A stretch of DNA of 64,000 bases. It comes from Patescibacteria group bacterium. GTDB lineage: Bacteria; Patescibacteriota; Microgenomatia; UBA1400; PJMF01. Within the stretch, counting starts at the first letter, position 1. The number at the start of each line of letters is the position of its first letter. Made by a program: the position numbers and the translations under genes. Below are positions 9,597-18,681 of this stretch, one piece after another. The stretch is taken from the NCBI GenBank assembly GCA_016861085.1, contig BOKR01000001.1, positions 195,271 through 259,270 on the forward strand. Reading direction: 5' to 3'. The notes below the pieces were generated by a model that ran no database searches, was not told where the DNA came from, and saw only the letters and a program-made list of their open reading frames with translations.

Positions 9597-12239
9597 ATGC
9601 CAAGATCAAGAAGTCGAAGATTTTCTGCACGGGGTTCAATTTTTGCTCCTCAGAACCGTCAATTACTATTTGCTAAATTATTGAGATTTTTTGCTTTCGG
9701 TAGTTTAGCCGCTGTCATTGGTGGGGTTGTCTTGTTTTTCGTGATGTTTGCATGGTTTTCTAGAAGTCTGCCAAAACCAGGTGAGATTGTTCGTCGTGAA
9801 GGATTTAGTACCAAAATCTATGATAGAAATGGCAAATTGCTTTATGATTTGTTTGATGATGAGCGTAGAACTCCAATCTCTATTGATCAAGTCCCTATAG
9901 AATTACAGCACGCGGTAGTAGCAATTGAAGATAAAGATTTCTACAAACACCAAGGGTTCGATTTTATGACTTTCTTGAGAATTCCATATAACGTTTTATT
10001 CAAGCAGCGTGTTATTGGTGGCTCTACTCTCACCCAGCAGTTGGTGAAGAATGCATTGTTAACTAACGAACGAAGTATCACCAGAAAATTTAAAGAACTG
10101 GTACTTTCATTGCAAATCGAACGCAAATTTACCAAAGACCAAATTTTGGAAATGTACTTGAATGAGGCCCCGTATGGAGGCACGGCTTGGGGTGTTGGTA
10201 CTGCAAGTGAATTGTATTTCAACAAGCAAGTCAGTGAGCTCAATCTAGTTGAATCAGCAATTTTAGCTGGTTTACCACAGCGTCCATCAGCATATTCTCC
10301 GTATGCCGGCAAAACTGATGATGATGGCGAACCGTTATGGAAAGTGCGTACAAAAGGGGTATTGCGCCGGATGCGCGAAGATGAATATATTTCAGAAGCA
10401 GCATACCAACAAGCGCTTGGCGATCTTGACACTGTAGTTTTTGAGAAAGCTGCTATTGATATCAATGCTCCACATTTTGTGTTTTATGTTCGCGATCTGC
10501 TGGCTGAAATGTATGGTGAGGAAGAAGTTGAAGCAGGTGGTTTTAAAGTCACTACAACTTTGAATTCAGAGTTGCAGGATGCTGCACAAGAGATTGTGAA
10601 ATCTGAGGTTGAAAAGGTTGAGAAATTAAATATTACGAATGGTGCTGCGTTAGTGATGGATCCGCGAAACGGCGAGATTCTAAGTATGGTTGGAAGTCGT
10701 GAGTATGCTAATTCTTCAATTAGCGGACAATTCAATGTTGTGGTAGATGGACTACGACAACCTGGGTCTTCTATCAAGCCAGTTACCTACTTAGCGATGC
10801 TACAACGAGGCTACACTCCTGCCAGTATGCTTATGGATGTGGAAACAATATTTGCTCCTCATGAAAATGCAAAAGAATACAATCCAAAAAACTATGACGG
10901 GAAATTCAGAGGCCCGGTTAGTTTGAGGAATAGTCTTGGCAGTTCGCTTAACATTCCAGCGGTTAAATCGTTAGCGATTGTTGGGGTTGATAATTTCTTG
11001 AGTTTAGCCTACGACATGGGTTTTGTAACACTTGAACCGACTAAAGAAAACATGAGCCGGTTTGGATTGGCTGTAACATTGGGTGGTGGTGAGGTGCATA
11101 TGATTGACACGGTAACTGCTTACTCTTCTTTTGCAAATTATGGACAAAAAGTTGAGCCAGTCGCAATTCTTAAAGTTGAAGATTCTGATGGTACTGTTTT
11201 GTTTGAACACAGACCAGTACAAGGCAGAAAAGTTATGGAAGAGGAAGAAGCTTTCTTAATCAATAATATTCTTTCTGATAACAACGCTCGTGCGATCGCA
11301 TTTGGTACTGGTTCTCTTTTGAATGTCAGTCCAAATGTGGCAGTCAAGACTGGTACTACAAACGACCAAAAAGATAACTGGGCAGTCGGTTGGAGCCAAG
11401 AGGTGATTGTTGGTGCTTGGGTTGGAAATAACGATAATACTTCAATGAAGAGTGTGGCATCAGGTGTTTCTGGAGCTACCCCGATTTGGCGTAACATTAT
11501 TTTAAAGGCGTTGGAAGTTGAGGGATACACTGCTCCAGCATGGCGAGTGCCAGACGGCGTTGAGCAAGTTCCAGTTGATAAGATTTCTGGATATCCTGAA
11601 CATGATGGTTTTGAATCTCGAACAGAATATGTAATCAAAGGTACTCTTCCAGGTTTGCCAGATCCAATTCATGCAAAGTTAAAACTTTGTCGAGGAGAAA
11701 ATAAGTTAGCTCCAAATGCTAGAGTTGCAAGTGGTGACTACGATGAGAAGGAGTTTTTGGTATTGAAAGAAGAAGACCCATTTAGTACAGATGGAGTAAA
11801 CAGGTGGCAGCAAGCAATTGATGCTTGGATAGCTTCCCAAACTGATGAAAAATATCATCCGCCGACTGAATATTGTGGTGATGAAGGGGAAATCTATGTT
11901 GAAATTATTGAACCAAAAGGACAAACTAATTTTCAAGGCGAAGACATAACGATTAAAATTCAGTCTGAGTCTCCTACCGGCATTGAGAAATTGGAAATTT
12001 TCGTAGATGGCTCTTTACGAGAAACAATTAAAGATAGAGTGCATACCGGTACATTACGTTTGGCTGCCGGTAAACATGTTATCTACGTGAAGGCATATAC
12101 TAAAGATAGCAAAGTAAAACAGACCGGTGACTTGAGAATTGGTACAGGTGGAGTTCCTTGGGATGCACCAGACCCAACGCCAACACCCTCTCCCACTCCA
12201 ACGCCGTCAGGGTCACCACTTCCGACAATTTTACCCTAA
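9597..12239 (+). CDS. Class A penicillin-binding protein (transglycosylase/transpeptidase, PBP1A-like) with a C-terminal Ig-like extension and a Pro/Thr linker
   Basis: GT51 motifs (IEDKDFYKHQG, RKFKE), transpeptidase SXXK (GSSIKP), SxN, KTGTT. The ORF finder starts at 9228. I prefer the ATG at 9597 (MPRSRSRR..), which has an AAGGA Shine-Dalgarno 6 nt upstream and is followed by a TM helix. The ATG at 9396 is an alternative. The start is uncertain. Confidence 0.8.
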   Translation: MPRSRSRRFSARGSIFAPQNRQLLFAKLLRFFAFGSLAAVIGGVVLFFVMFAWFSRSLPKPGEIVRREGFSTKIYDRNGKLLYDLFDDERRTPISIDQVPIELQHAVVAIEDKDFYKHQGFDFMTFLRIPYNVLFKQRVIGGSTLTQQLVKNALLTNERSITRKFKELVLSLQIERKFTKDQILEMYLNEAPYGGTAWGVGTASELYFNKQVSELNLVESAILAGLPQRPSAYSPYAGKTDDDGEPLWKVRTKGVLRRMREDEYISEAAYQQALGDLDTVVFEKAAIDINAPHFVFYVRDLLAEMYGEEEVEAGGFKVTTTLNSELQDAAQEIVKSEVEKVEKLNITNGAALVMDPRNGEILSMVGSREYANSSISGQFNVVVDGLRQPGSSIKPVTYLAMLQRGYTPASMLMDVETIFAPHENAKEYNPKNYDGKFRGPVSLRNSLGSSLNIPAVKSLAIVGVDNFLSLAYDMGFVTLEPTKENMSRFGLAVTLGGGEVHMIDTVTAYSSFANYGQKVEPVAILKVEDSDGTVLFEHRPVQGRKVMEEEEAFLINNILSDNNARAIAFGTGSLLNVSPNVAVKTGTTNDQKDNWAVGWSQEVIVGAWVGNNDNTSMKSVASGVSGATPIWRNIILKALEVEGYTAPAWRVPDGVEQVPVDKISGYPEHDGFESRTEYVIKGTLPGLPDPIHAKLKLCRGENKLAPNARVASGDYDEKEFLVLKEEDPFSTDGVNRWQQAIDAWIASQTDEKYHPPTEYCGDEGEIYVEIIEPKGQTNFQGEDITIKIQSESPTGIEKLEIFVDGSLRETIKDRVHTGTLRLAAGKHVIYVKAYTKDSKVKQTGDLRIGTGGVPWDAPDPTPTPSPTPTPSGSPLPTILP

Positions 12240-12263
12240 ATTATAGGGAGAGTGAGAATACAT

Positions 12264-13532
12264 TTATTTCTTACAGGCAAAAAGGATTGCTAAGAACAGC
12301 AACAAGAGACCCGATTGTAATGTGATGAGGTAATGGTCAAGCAATGCGATTGGCATAAGAGCCAAGATGTATTCTGGATGTTCACACTTGATTTTTTTTC
12401 TTAGCAGTGGCAGGACAATGATTCCTATAAGAGACAGACCGATGATTCCTGTCTCTGCTGTTAGTAGCAGTAATATGTTGTGTGCAGGTTGAGTGAAACG
12501 CACAACTTCTTGAGTTTGACTATACTTTTCAACTTGTGCTGTAAAGTTATGAAGTCCTACACCCCGAATTGGGTTATCTAAAATCATTGTGACGGCGGCT
12601 TCATTAAGATACGCTCTTCTAGTGATACTTGTTAAATCTTGAGTTTGTTTTGTTGAAAATTGGGCCAAAATACATATGACAATGAGGTTAAATGCCAGAA
12701 AGAAAGATAAAAACTGTTGAGTAGTAACAGTTAGTTTGAATCTTTTTAACAACAGTACCATCAAAAATCCTAGTGCCAACCCAACGATTGCAGAAAAGGA
12801 TTGAGTTAACAAAATGACAGAAATAGCGAACAAAATAGTGAGAATTCTAACTTTTCTTATTTTTCCATCTGCTGGCAATGAATTGAATAGTGCAAAGACA
12901 AATAGCACCAAAGATCCAGCCAATATATTTGGATGCGCTGTTGTGCCATAAGGTAAGATTTTTTGAGAACCAAGAAAAGTGCTTTGTGCAATTCCAGCAT
13001 ACGAATGTAGATTTGTTTCCCCTAAAAAATAATATCCATAGAAAGATTTTTGATTAAGAAACTGATACCAAGCCAAGAGAGACTGAAATAGAACGGTGCA
13101 AGTGATGGCAATGTTCATAATTTTTGATTGCAGTATGTTTTTTTGTTGGATCAGAACTGTACCAATGCATGTGAGTAATAGTACCCGCACAAAAAATAAA
13201 ACGGCAATAAGTGAATGTGCTAAGAATAGTTGATTTATAAACAAAACGAATAATAACAATACTACTAGAGGTACATAGGATACTTTTTTGAATGCAGAAA
13301 AAAGAGTGTCTCGATTTTTTTTAAACGCAAAAATGTACAGAAATAGGAATCCAATCAAGAAATCACTCAGGTGGATTTTTGGAATCAAGTAGTCAATCAA
13401 TAACCCATGTACATACGCTGTGTTTTCAAAAAACGTTTTAAACAAATTACTGGGAATTGTAAAAACTAGAATCGCTAACAGCATTTTTATGCTGGTCTCA
13501 ACTGTAGTAACTTTCTTAAAAAATGAATTCAT
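12264..13532 (-). CDS. O-antigen ligase / Wzy_C-family polytopic membrane protein
   Basis: More than 10 TM helices and a Wzy_C-like periplasmic loop motif (QPAHNILLLLTAETGIIGL). Confidence 0.5.
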   Translation of the reverse strand: MNSFFKKVTTVETSIKMLLAILVFTIPSNLFKTFFENTAYVHGLLIDYLIPKIHLSDFLIGFLFLYIFAFKKNRDTLFSAFKKVSYVPLVVLLLFVLFINQLFLAHSLIAVLFFVRVLLLTCIGTVLIQQKNILQSKIMNIAITCTVLFQSLLAWYQFLNQKSFYGYYFLGETNLHSYAGIAQSTFLGSQKILPYGTTAHPNILAGSLVLFVFALFNSLPADGKIRKVRILTILFAISVILLTQSFSAIVGLALGFLMVLLLKRFKLTVTTQQFLSFFLAFNLIVICILAQFSTKQTQDLTSITRRAYLNEAAVTMILDNPIRGVGLHNFTAQVEKYSQTQEVVRFTQPAHNILLLLTAETGIIGLSLIGIIVLPLLRKKIKCEHPEYILALMPIALLDHYLITLQSGLLLLFLAILFACKK

Positions 13533-13560
13533 CAGTACTTTGATTCTAACAGTGTAATAA

Positions 13561-13590
13561 GAAAAAACCCACTGTTTTCGCAGTGGGTTT
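13561..13590 (-). terminator. Rho-independent terminator downstream of rplT
   Basis: Hairpin AAACCCACTG-cgaaaa-CAGTGGGTTT followed by a T-run on the minus strand. Confidence 0.6.
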
Positions 13591-13614
13591 GAATTTCAAT
13601 GTGTAGAGCTGTTT

Positions 13615-13968
13615 TTATTTAACAGCTGCTTTGACGATATCTTTAAATGTTCTAAAATCACTGACAGCGATTTCAGCGAGCATCTTTCTATCAATAGAGA
13701 TATTTGCTTTTTTCAGAGCGTTGATGAATCTTGAATATTTAAGGCCTTCACCAAGTTCAGTTAGTGCTGCATTAATACGGATGATCCAAAGTTTACGCAT
13801 GTCACGTTTTCGAAGTCTTCTTCCGATATACGCATACATACCAGCGTGCATGTAAGCCTCATGAGCTCTTTTATAGAGTCTTGAGTTGGCACCTCTAAAC
13901 CCCTTGTTGGAGTCTAGAACTTTTTTATGTCTTTTTCTGCGGGTTATCCCTGTTTTTACTCTTGTCAT
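13615..13968 (-). CDS. rplT: 50S ribosomal protein L20
   Basis: MTRVKTGITRRKRHKKVL..GFRGANSRLYKRA.. is canonical bL20. Confidence 0.95.
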   Translation of the reverse strand: MTRVKTGITRRKRHKKVLDSNKGFRGANSRLYKRAHEAYMHAGMYAYIGRRLRKRDMRKLWIIRINAALTELGEGLKYSRFINALKKANISIDRKMLAEIAVSDFRTFKDIVKAAVK

Positions 13969-13987
13969 AGTTGTTGTCCTATCTGTA

Positions 13988-14191
13988 TTATGCTAGACCA
14001 AGCATTTGCTTGATTTTTTTTGCCCATTTTCCTTTTACTTCGACTGGTTTTCTATAGGCTCTAATAGCTTTTTTACTTTTAATTCTTCTTCTGTGACGCA
14101 TATTTTGTGAACGTCTCAAAACTTTACCAGTTGCAGTGATTTTGAATCTTTTTGCAACACCACTTCTGGTTTTTTGCTTAGTTTTTTTCAT
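13988..14191 (-). CDS. rpmI: 50S ribosomal protein L35
   Basis: MKKTKQKTRSGVAKRFKITATGKVLRR.. is canonical bL35. It sits between infC and rplT. Confidence 0.9.
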   Translation of the reverse strand: MKKTKQKTRSGVAKRFKITATGKVLRRSQNMRHRRRIKSKKAIRAYRKPVEVKGKWAKKIKQMLGLA

Positions 14192-14196
14192 GCTTC

Positions 14197-14745
14197 CTAT
14201 CCTTTTTTCTTTGCAGGCATTAACTGCGCAAGTAACTTCTTACCCATGAGTTTTGGCTGCATTTCAATGGTAGAAATATCCTCTGTAGCAGAGAAAACTC
14301 TCTTGAATGCTTCATATCCAAACTCTTTTTTGGTGATTTCTCTGCCTTTGAATTGCAAAGAAAGTCTCACTTTATCACCTTTTTCTAAGAATGTTCTCAC
14401 TTTCTTAGTTTTTGATTCAAAGTCGCCTTCTCCCATAAATGGGCTAAAACGAACTTCTTTAATATCTTGAGCTTTTGCGCTTTTCCTTGATTTAGCTGCT
14501 TTTTGTTGTTCTTGGTATTTGAACTTTGCTAAATCAATAATCTTAGCGATTGCAGGAGTTGCTTGATCATTGACTAATACGAGGTCTTTGTCAACTTCAC
14601 GCGCTCTTGTTAAAGCTTCAGATCTAGACATTACCCCAACCATTTCACCAAACTCGTTTAACACTCGTAAGTTTTGAGCGTTGATTCTTTCGTTAATTGT
14701 GTAATATTTTTTACCGAAAGAGTTGTTGTTATTTCTTGGATTCAT
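14197..14745 (-). CDS. infC: Translation initiation factor IF-3
   Basis: INERINAQNLRVLNEFGEMVGVMSRSEAL..DLVLV and the conserved operon order infC-rpmI-rplT. Confidence 0.9.
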   Translation of the reverse strand: MNPRNNNNSFGKKYYTINERINAQNLRVLNEFGEMVGVMSRSEALTRAREVDKDLVLVNDQATPAIAKIIDLAKFKYQEQQKAAKSRKSAKAQDIKEVRFSPFMGEGDFESKTKKVRTFLEKGDKVRLSLQFKGREITKKEFGYEAFKRVFSATEDISTIEMQPKLMGKKLLAQLMPAKKKG

Positions 14746-14949
14746 GCGTAGGTTGTTTATGTAATATCTTTCTTTTTTTTTACTTACTATTTTCGATACA
14801 ATGTATTGTACATCAAGATACTTGAAATATCATGTGTAGCATAAAATAGCAACGAACGTGTATTATATCATTATTTTGACTAATTGTTAAAGAGAATTTT
14901 TTTGCTATAATGTACAGCGTGTTTCATATTGAAACCAGACGATAACCAT

Positions 14950-15026
14950 GAATCTGTAGCTCAGTTGGTTAGAGCGCTTCGTTGACATCGAAGAGGTCAG
15001 AGGTTCGAGTCCTCTCAGATTCACCA
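14950..15026 (+). tRNA. tRNA-Val (anticodon GAC)
   Basis: Cloverleaf with acceptor GAATCTG/CAGATTC, anticodon loop TTGACAT, T-arm AGAGG-TTCGAGT-CCTCT, and an encoded CCA. Confidence 0.9.
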
Positions 15027-15027
15027 T

Positions 15028-15795
15028 TTATTTTCGAGGGATTTTAAATAGATTCATCCAACCATTAATTGTTTCATACATATCGCTATAAAATTGTTGG
15101 GCAACCTCTGGGTCTGCAAATGATTCGTCTGTTAGCGTTGTAAAGCTATCAGAAAGATGTGCTTGTTCTTGTCTGGGGATGAAAGTTCTTAGACCACCAG
15201 TTTCTTGCATTGGCGCAGTTACTTGATGACTCCTGCTTAGTCTAGATCTTCGTTTGTTTGATATTGCGTCGACCCCAATTACGAGAGTCTCAAATTCATT
15301 ACGTTGTTTTCTAGCCTCTCTGGCAGCAAAGATATTTCTTTTAACTATAACTGGGATAACAAAAATGTCACCTAAATGGGTACTGAGGTGTTCGATTTTA
15401 TATCTTTTACATAGTGGGTTTTTGTCACTTGGGGTCACGACTGACCCTGCCCTTATTTTGACTTCAGGGTTCTTCGACAGCGGGTTTCTTATAATTGGAC
15501 TTCTAGTTGGTGATTGATGTGGGAAAAGATAAGAGATACCACTGCCACTATTTTCTCGAAGTGCTTCATGTGCAAGTCTATATGCTTCTGGATAGTCTTG
15601 TGGAGTCAGCACATCGATAGCGGCTGGCATGAAAATATATTCATCAGCAAAATCTTGAAATAGGGCTAGGAAAATTTCGTTAATTTCAGGGATTCTAGAG
15701 GCTAAAACATGTTCGGGAGTAGTTGGAACGGGATGAGATGATACGAATCTTGATCCGTCAGGTGCTTCAACCACTGTCAAACTTTTCCTTAGCAT
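15028..15795 (-). CDS. Hypothetical protein
   Basis: 255-aa ORF tightly packed 3 nt downstream of the next hypothetical gene. No recognisable motifs. Confidence 0.4.
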   Translation of the reverse strand: MLRKSLTVVEAPDGSRFVSSHPVPTTPEHVLASRIPEINEIFLALFQDFADEYIFMPAAIDVLTPQDYPEAYRLAHEALRENSGSGISYLFPHQSPTRSPIIRNPLSKNPEVKIRAGSVVTPSDKNPLCKRYKIEHLSTHLGDIFVIPVIVKRNIFAAREARKQRNEFETLVIGVDAISNKRRSRLSRSHQVTAPMQETGGLRTFIPRQEQAHLSDSFTTLTDESFADPEVAQQFYSDMYETINGWMNLFKIPRK

Positions 15796-15798
15796 GTG

Positions 15799-16503
15799 TT
15801 ATTCTCCAAAATTATCTCCCCGTTCACTGTTGAAAAATTGGTCCATATTCGCTCTTTGTTCAAAACCAGAACTTTCAGACATTTGCTTTCCTAATCCTTT
15901 AGCGCGTTTGGCAACTTTTTTCTTTTTGGCTTGCGCTTGTTTCGCCCAGGTTCTTGCACTTCTAACACGTTGGGTTAAGAGAATAATGAAGGCACGAAGT
16001 CTATCAAAGAAGTTCTCGTCACCAATACCTTCAAAACCAGTATTCGTGACTCGACCCATTAAGGTAATATCAATTTCTTTGTGAAATTTTTTGATTTCTT
16101 TAGCCAAGTTTTTAAGATCTTTTCTGATCTGGTCTATTTTCTTTTTTGTTGCTTCTTCTCTGGCATCAAAAACATCTTTTGCATCAACCGGGTTAACTTT
16201 TTTATGAAGTTCAAGTCGTTTTTTTTCGTACTCCTGTTTTTTGAGTTCTTCTTGCTGTTTTTGCATAGCTCCAAATTCATTAGAGCCGCCAAAATTTTGC
16301 ATTGGGCCATTGGTGCCACCGTACTGATCAAGGTAACTATTGTTGAGTGTATTAAATGGATTGTTTTCGAATGGATTGCTGTTTTGGGAATTAAAAGACC
16401 CTGCTCTGCCTGAGGTACTCGAGAGAGCCTCTGTAAATGATCTGCTAGATTTGTTTCCTCCCGTAGAGCCTAAGGCTGCTGCAAAAGGATTTTTGTTTGA
16501 CAT
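15799..16503 (-). CDS. Hypothetical protein with a Gly/Asn/Ser-rich N-terminal region, a Lys/Glu-rich coiled-coil segment and a basic C-terminus
   Basis: 234-aa ORF with a low-complexity N-terminus (NPFENNPFNTLNN..) and predicted coiled-coil (KQQEELKKQEYEKKRLELHKK..). Confidence 0.4.
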   Translation of the reverse strand: MSNKNPFAAALGSTGGNKSSRSFTEALSSTSGRAGSFNSQNSNPFENNPFNTLNNSYLDQYGGTNGPMQNFGGSNEFGAMQKQQEELKKQEYEKKRLELHKKVNPVDAKDVFDAREEATKKKIDQIRKDLKNLAKEIKKFHKEIDITLMGRVTNTGFEGIGDENFFDRLRAFIILLTQRVRSARTWAKQAQAKKKKVAKRAKGLGKQMSESSGFEQRANMDQFFNSERGDNFGE

Positions 16504-16594
16504 ATCTTCAATAAAATTTCCTAATTATAGGATAATTTACCCGAAAAGTCAAGTCATCTTTTTAAGTATACTCGAGGGCAAGTGGTTTCCGCAA

Positions 16595-17518
16595 TTAGCG
16601 CAAATTAAGCAAATGGTCTGCTACTTTTTGTCTCAACAAAGTCTGGCTCATCATTTCAGTGTATTGTGGGTCAGATTGTTGTTGTTTTTTGAGCTGTTCA
16701 TCAGTAACTTTTGCAAATGCTTCATCCAAGTCAGCCTTCTCTACAGTCAATTTAGCAGATCTGGCGATTTCGTCAATTACAAAAGCAATTTGTAATCGTG
16801 CCAAGGCCCCTGCGGCCATTTCATTAGAAAGCTGTTCAAATGTCATTTTCCTTTGTTCAAGGAATTTTTCAAAAGGAATGTTAAATTGTTTGAGTTGTCT
16901 TGCCAGGTTTTCAAGATCATATCTAGTTTCTTCTTTTACCAACAACTCTTGGATTTGAGGTTTGATGTTAGAAACGAGTTCTCTATAGATAAATTGCACA
17001 ATATAATCTTTTTTTTCTTGTTCAGTTGGTTCTTCATGAGAATGAGCATGTTTTTCACCTTTACTTTCTTCGACATGTTTTTTCATGTCAGCAATCTGTT
17101 TTTCAAGTTCTTTTTGCGCGTCTTTTTGTGCTTTTGTGACAACTTTTTCATACCCTTTAATATCAAAAGTTGGTCTTTCAGCAACATGAGCTTCAACTAC
17201 CCAATCTTTCCCTTTTTCGAGTGAAACAGGGTTAAATTCTGGATATGTGAGTGGTTTTATACCAGATTTTTTCAATTCAGATGAGTAGAGTTCTGGGATA
17301 ACAATTTGTAATGCTTCTTCAATAACTGATTCAAGCTTCAAATGTTCTTCAGCAACTTTTGCTGGGACTTTACCTTTTCTAAATCCTGCAACACTAATTT
17401 TTTTTGCAAGTTTGTTTAAAGATTTAGTGTATGCAGCCTGCGCAACTTTTGCTGGGATCGTAAGGGTGATGATTGTATTGGGAGCAATTAATGGTTTTTC
17501 TAGTTTTGTATCTGTCAT
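16595..17518 (-). CDS. tig: Trigger factor, a short form lacking the FKBP/PPIase domain
   Basis: Ribosome-binding signature GFRKGKVP near the N-terminus and a trigger-factor-like N-terminal domain. It is only 307 aa and has no GxGxxIPGFE PPIase region. Confidence 0.7.
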   Translation of the reverse strand: MTDTKLEKPLIAPNTIITLTIPAKVAQAAYTKSLNKLAKKISVAGFRKGKVPAKVAEEHLKLESVIEEALQIVIPELYSSELKKSGIKPLTYPEFNPVSLEKGKDWVVEAHVAERPTFDIKGYEKVVTKAQKDAQKELEKQIADMKKHVEESKGEKHAHSHEEPTEQEKKDYIVQFIYRELVSNIKPQIQELLVKEETRYDLENLARQLKQFNIPFEKFLEQRKMTFEQLSNEMAAGALARLQIAFVIDEIARSAKLTVEKADLDEAFAKVTDEQLKKQQQSDPQYTEMMSQTLLRQKVADHLLNLR

Positions 17519-17642
17519 ATCTAATTATCCTTCTAACCTAAGACCACGTATTATACCCTAAAAAAAATAGTTTGTGATGTGATATAATAAAACGTACAAA
17601 TTAAGCCCTGTAAGGAGGGAATTTCAAAGAGGAAAATTCACA

Positions 17643-18467
17643 ATGAGTGAACACATTTTACTTCATCATATTGATGACTACGTTTCAGGTGGTCTCGAAT
17701 TCGCAGAAATCGATACTCGCCTCTATTCTAATAGTAAGAACCCAGAGAAGGTTTTGATCCATGATACCTCGGTGCCGTCACTTGATACTATGGCACTTGG
17801 ATTTGTTACAGGTCAATTGGCTTACGCTCCAACTGGTGACAGACGTGTTGTTATTTATGGTAACTGCGCTCCAAGAAGAACTAGCGATAAGGCAAGGTTA
17901 AATAATATTGATCATGGAATTAAGTACGCAAAATTAAAAAATGGTGTTGAGATCATTAATGTTTGGTCAGATCATGCCTTTGGATTTGTAAAAAAGGATA
18001 TTGTTGAGTTCAGAGATATTAATTGCCCGAATTCAGGTTCACAGTTTAGGTCTCGAGATTTTTTTCCATTGGCTGTTGCAAAGATAATTAATGGTGATTA
18101 TTCAGAGCTTGGTGAAACGCTCGATATCAATAACATTCCTGAGATTCCAAACAACATGGTTGCTTGGACAGATGGTTTTGGCAACATGAAAACAACGATG
18201 CGAATGTCTGATATTGAAAAATTAGGTCTCAAACCAGGTGACAAAGTGCAAGTTATTTTGAATAATGTCAGTATGGTTGGGGTTGTTTCTATTGGAGGCT
18301 TCCAGGTTGATAGAGGTGTGCTGGCGATTAATGCTGGTTCGAGTGGATATGAAAATCCGTTTATCGAATTCTTTTTGAGAGTACACCAAATTTCAGAGCA
18401 AACCGCAGCTGTTCGATTTGGCTATCCAGTTGGTGGGACAGAATTTGAGATTAAAGTTTTGAAGTAG
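17643..18467 (+). CDS. SAM hydroxide adenosyltransferase family protein (DUF62; SalL/fluorinase-like)
   Basis: FRSRDFFPLAVAKI matches the F-G-R-D-x-F-APVAA motif of DUF62 enzymes. The C-terminal domain motif is WTDGFGNMKTTM, compared with IDrFGNlitN in the family. Confidence 0.55.
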   Translation: MSEHILLHHIDDYVSGGLEFAEIDTRLYSNSKNPEKVLIHDTSVPSLDTMALGFVTGQLAYAPTGDRRVVIYGNCAPRRTSDKARLNNIDHGIKYAKLKNGVEIINVWSDHAFGFVKKDIVEFRDINCPNSGSQFRSRDFFPLAVAKIINGDYSELGETLDINNIPEIPNNMVAWTDGFGNMKTTMRMSDIEKLGLKPGDKVQVILNNVSMVGVVSIGGFQVDRGVLAINAGSSGYENPFIEFFLRVHQISEQTAAVRFGYPVGGTEFEIKVLK

Positions 18468-18486
18468 ATTATTATTTGAAATGAGT

Positions 18487-18519
18487 AAAACGGGAGATAA
18501 AATATGCCTCCCGTTTTTG
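18487..18519 (+). terminator. Rho-independent terminator after the SAM hydrolase-family gene
   Basis: AAAACGGGAG-ataaaatatg-CCTCCCGTTTTT. Confidence 0.6.
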
Positions 18520-18567
18520 AAGTCTTAGTTTATAATAGAGTGGTTCTTTGACTCTAAAGTTGCATTT

Positions 18568-18644
18568 GGCGCGATACCAGAGTGGCCCAATGGCTAGGTC
18601 TGCAAAACCTCAGTTCGCGGGTTCGAATCCCGCTCGCGCCTCCA
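18568..18644 (+). tRNA. tRNA-Cys (anticodon GCA)
   Basis: Acceptor GGCGCGA/TCGCGCC, anticodon loop CTGCAAA, T-arm GCGGG-TTCGAAT-CCCGC, discriminator U73 (a Cys identity element), encoded CCA. The D-arm is atypical, with a 3-bp stem and a long loop. Confidence 0.85.
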
Positions 18645-18681
18645 TAGACTATTGAAGGGCATCGAACAGCAGCATTTTCTC

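Noticed and set aside
12170-12239. Short repetitive DNA (ccaacgcc/actcc repeats)
   Set aside because: This is simply the coding sequence of a Pro/Thr linker at the PBP C-terminus. It is not a tandem repeat element or a CRISPR array.
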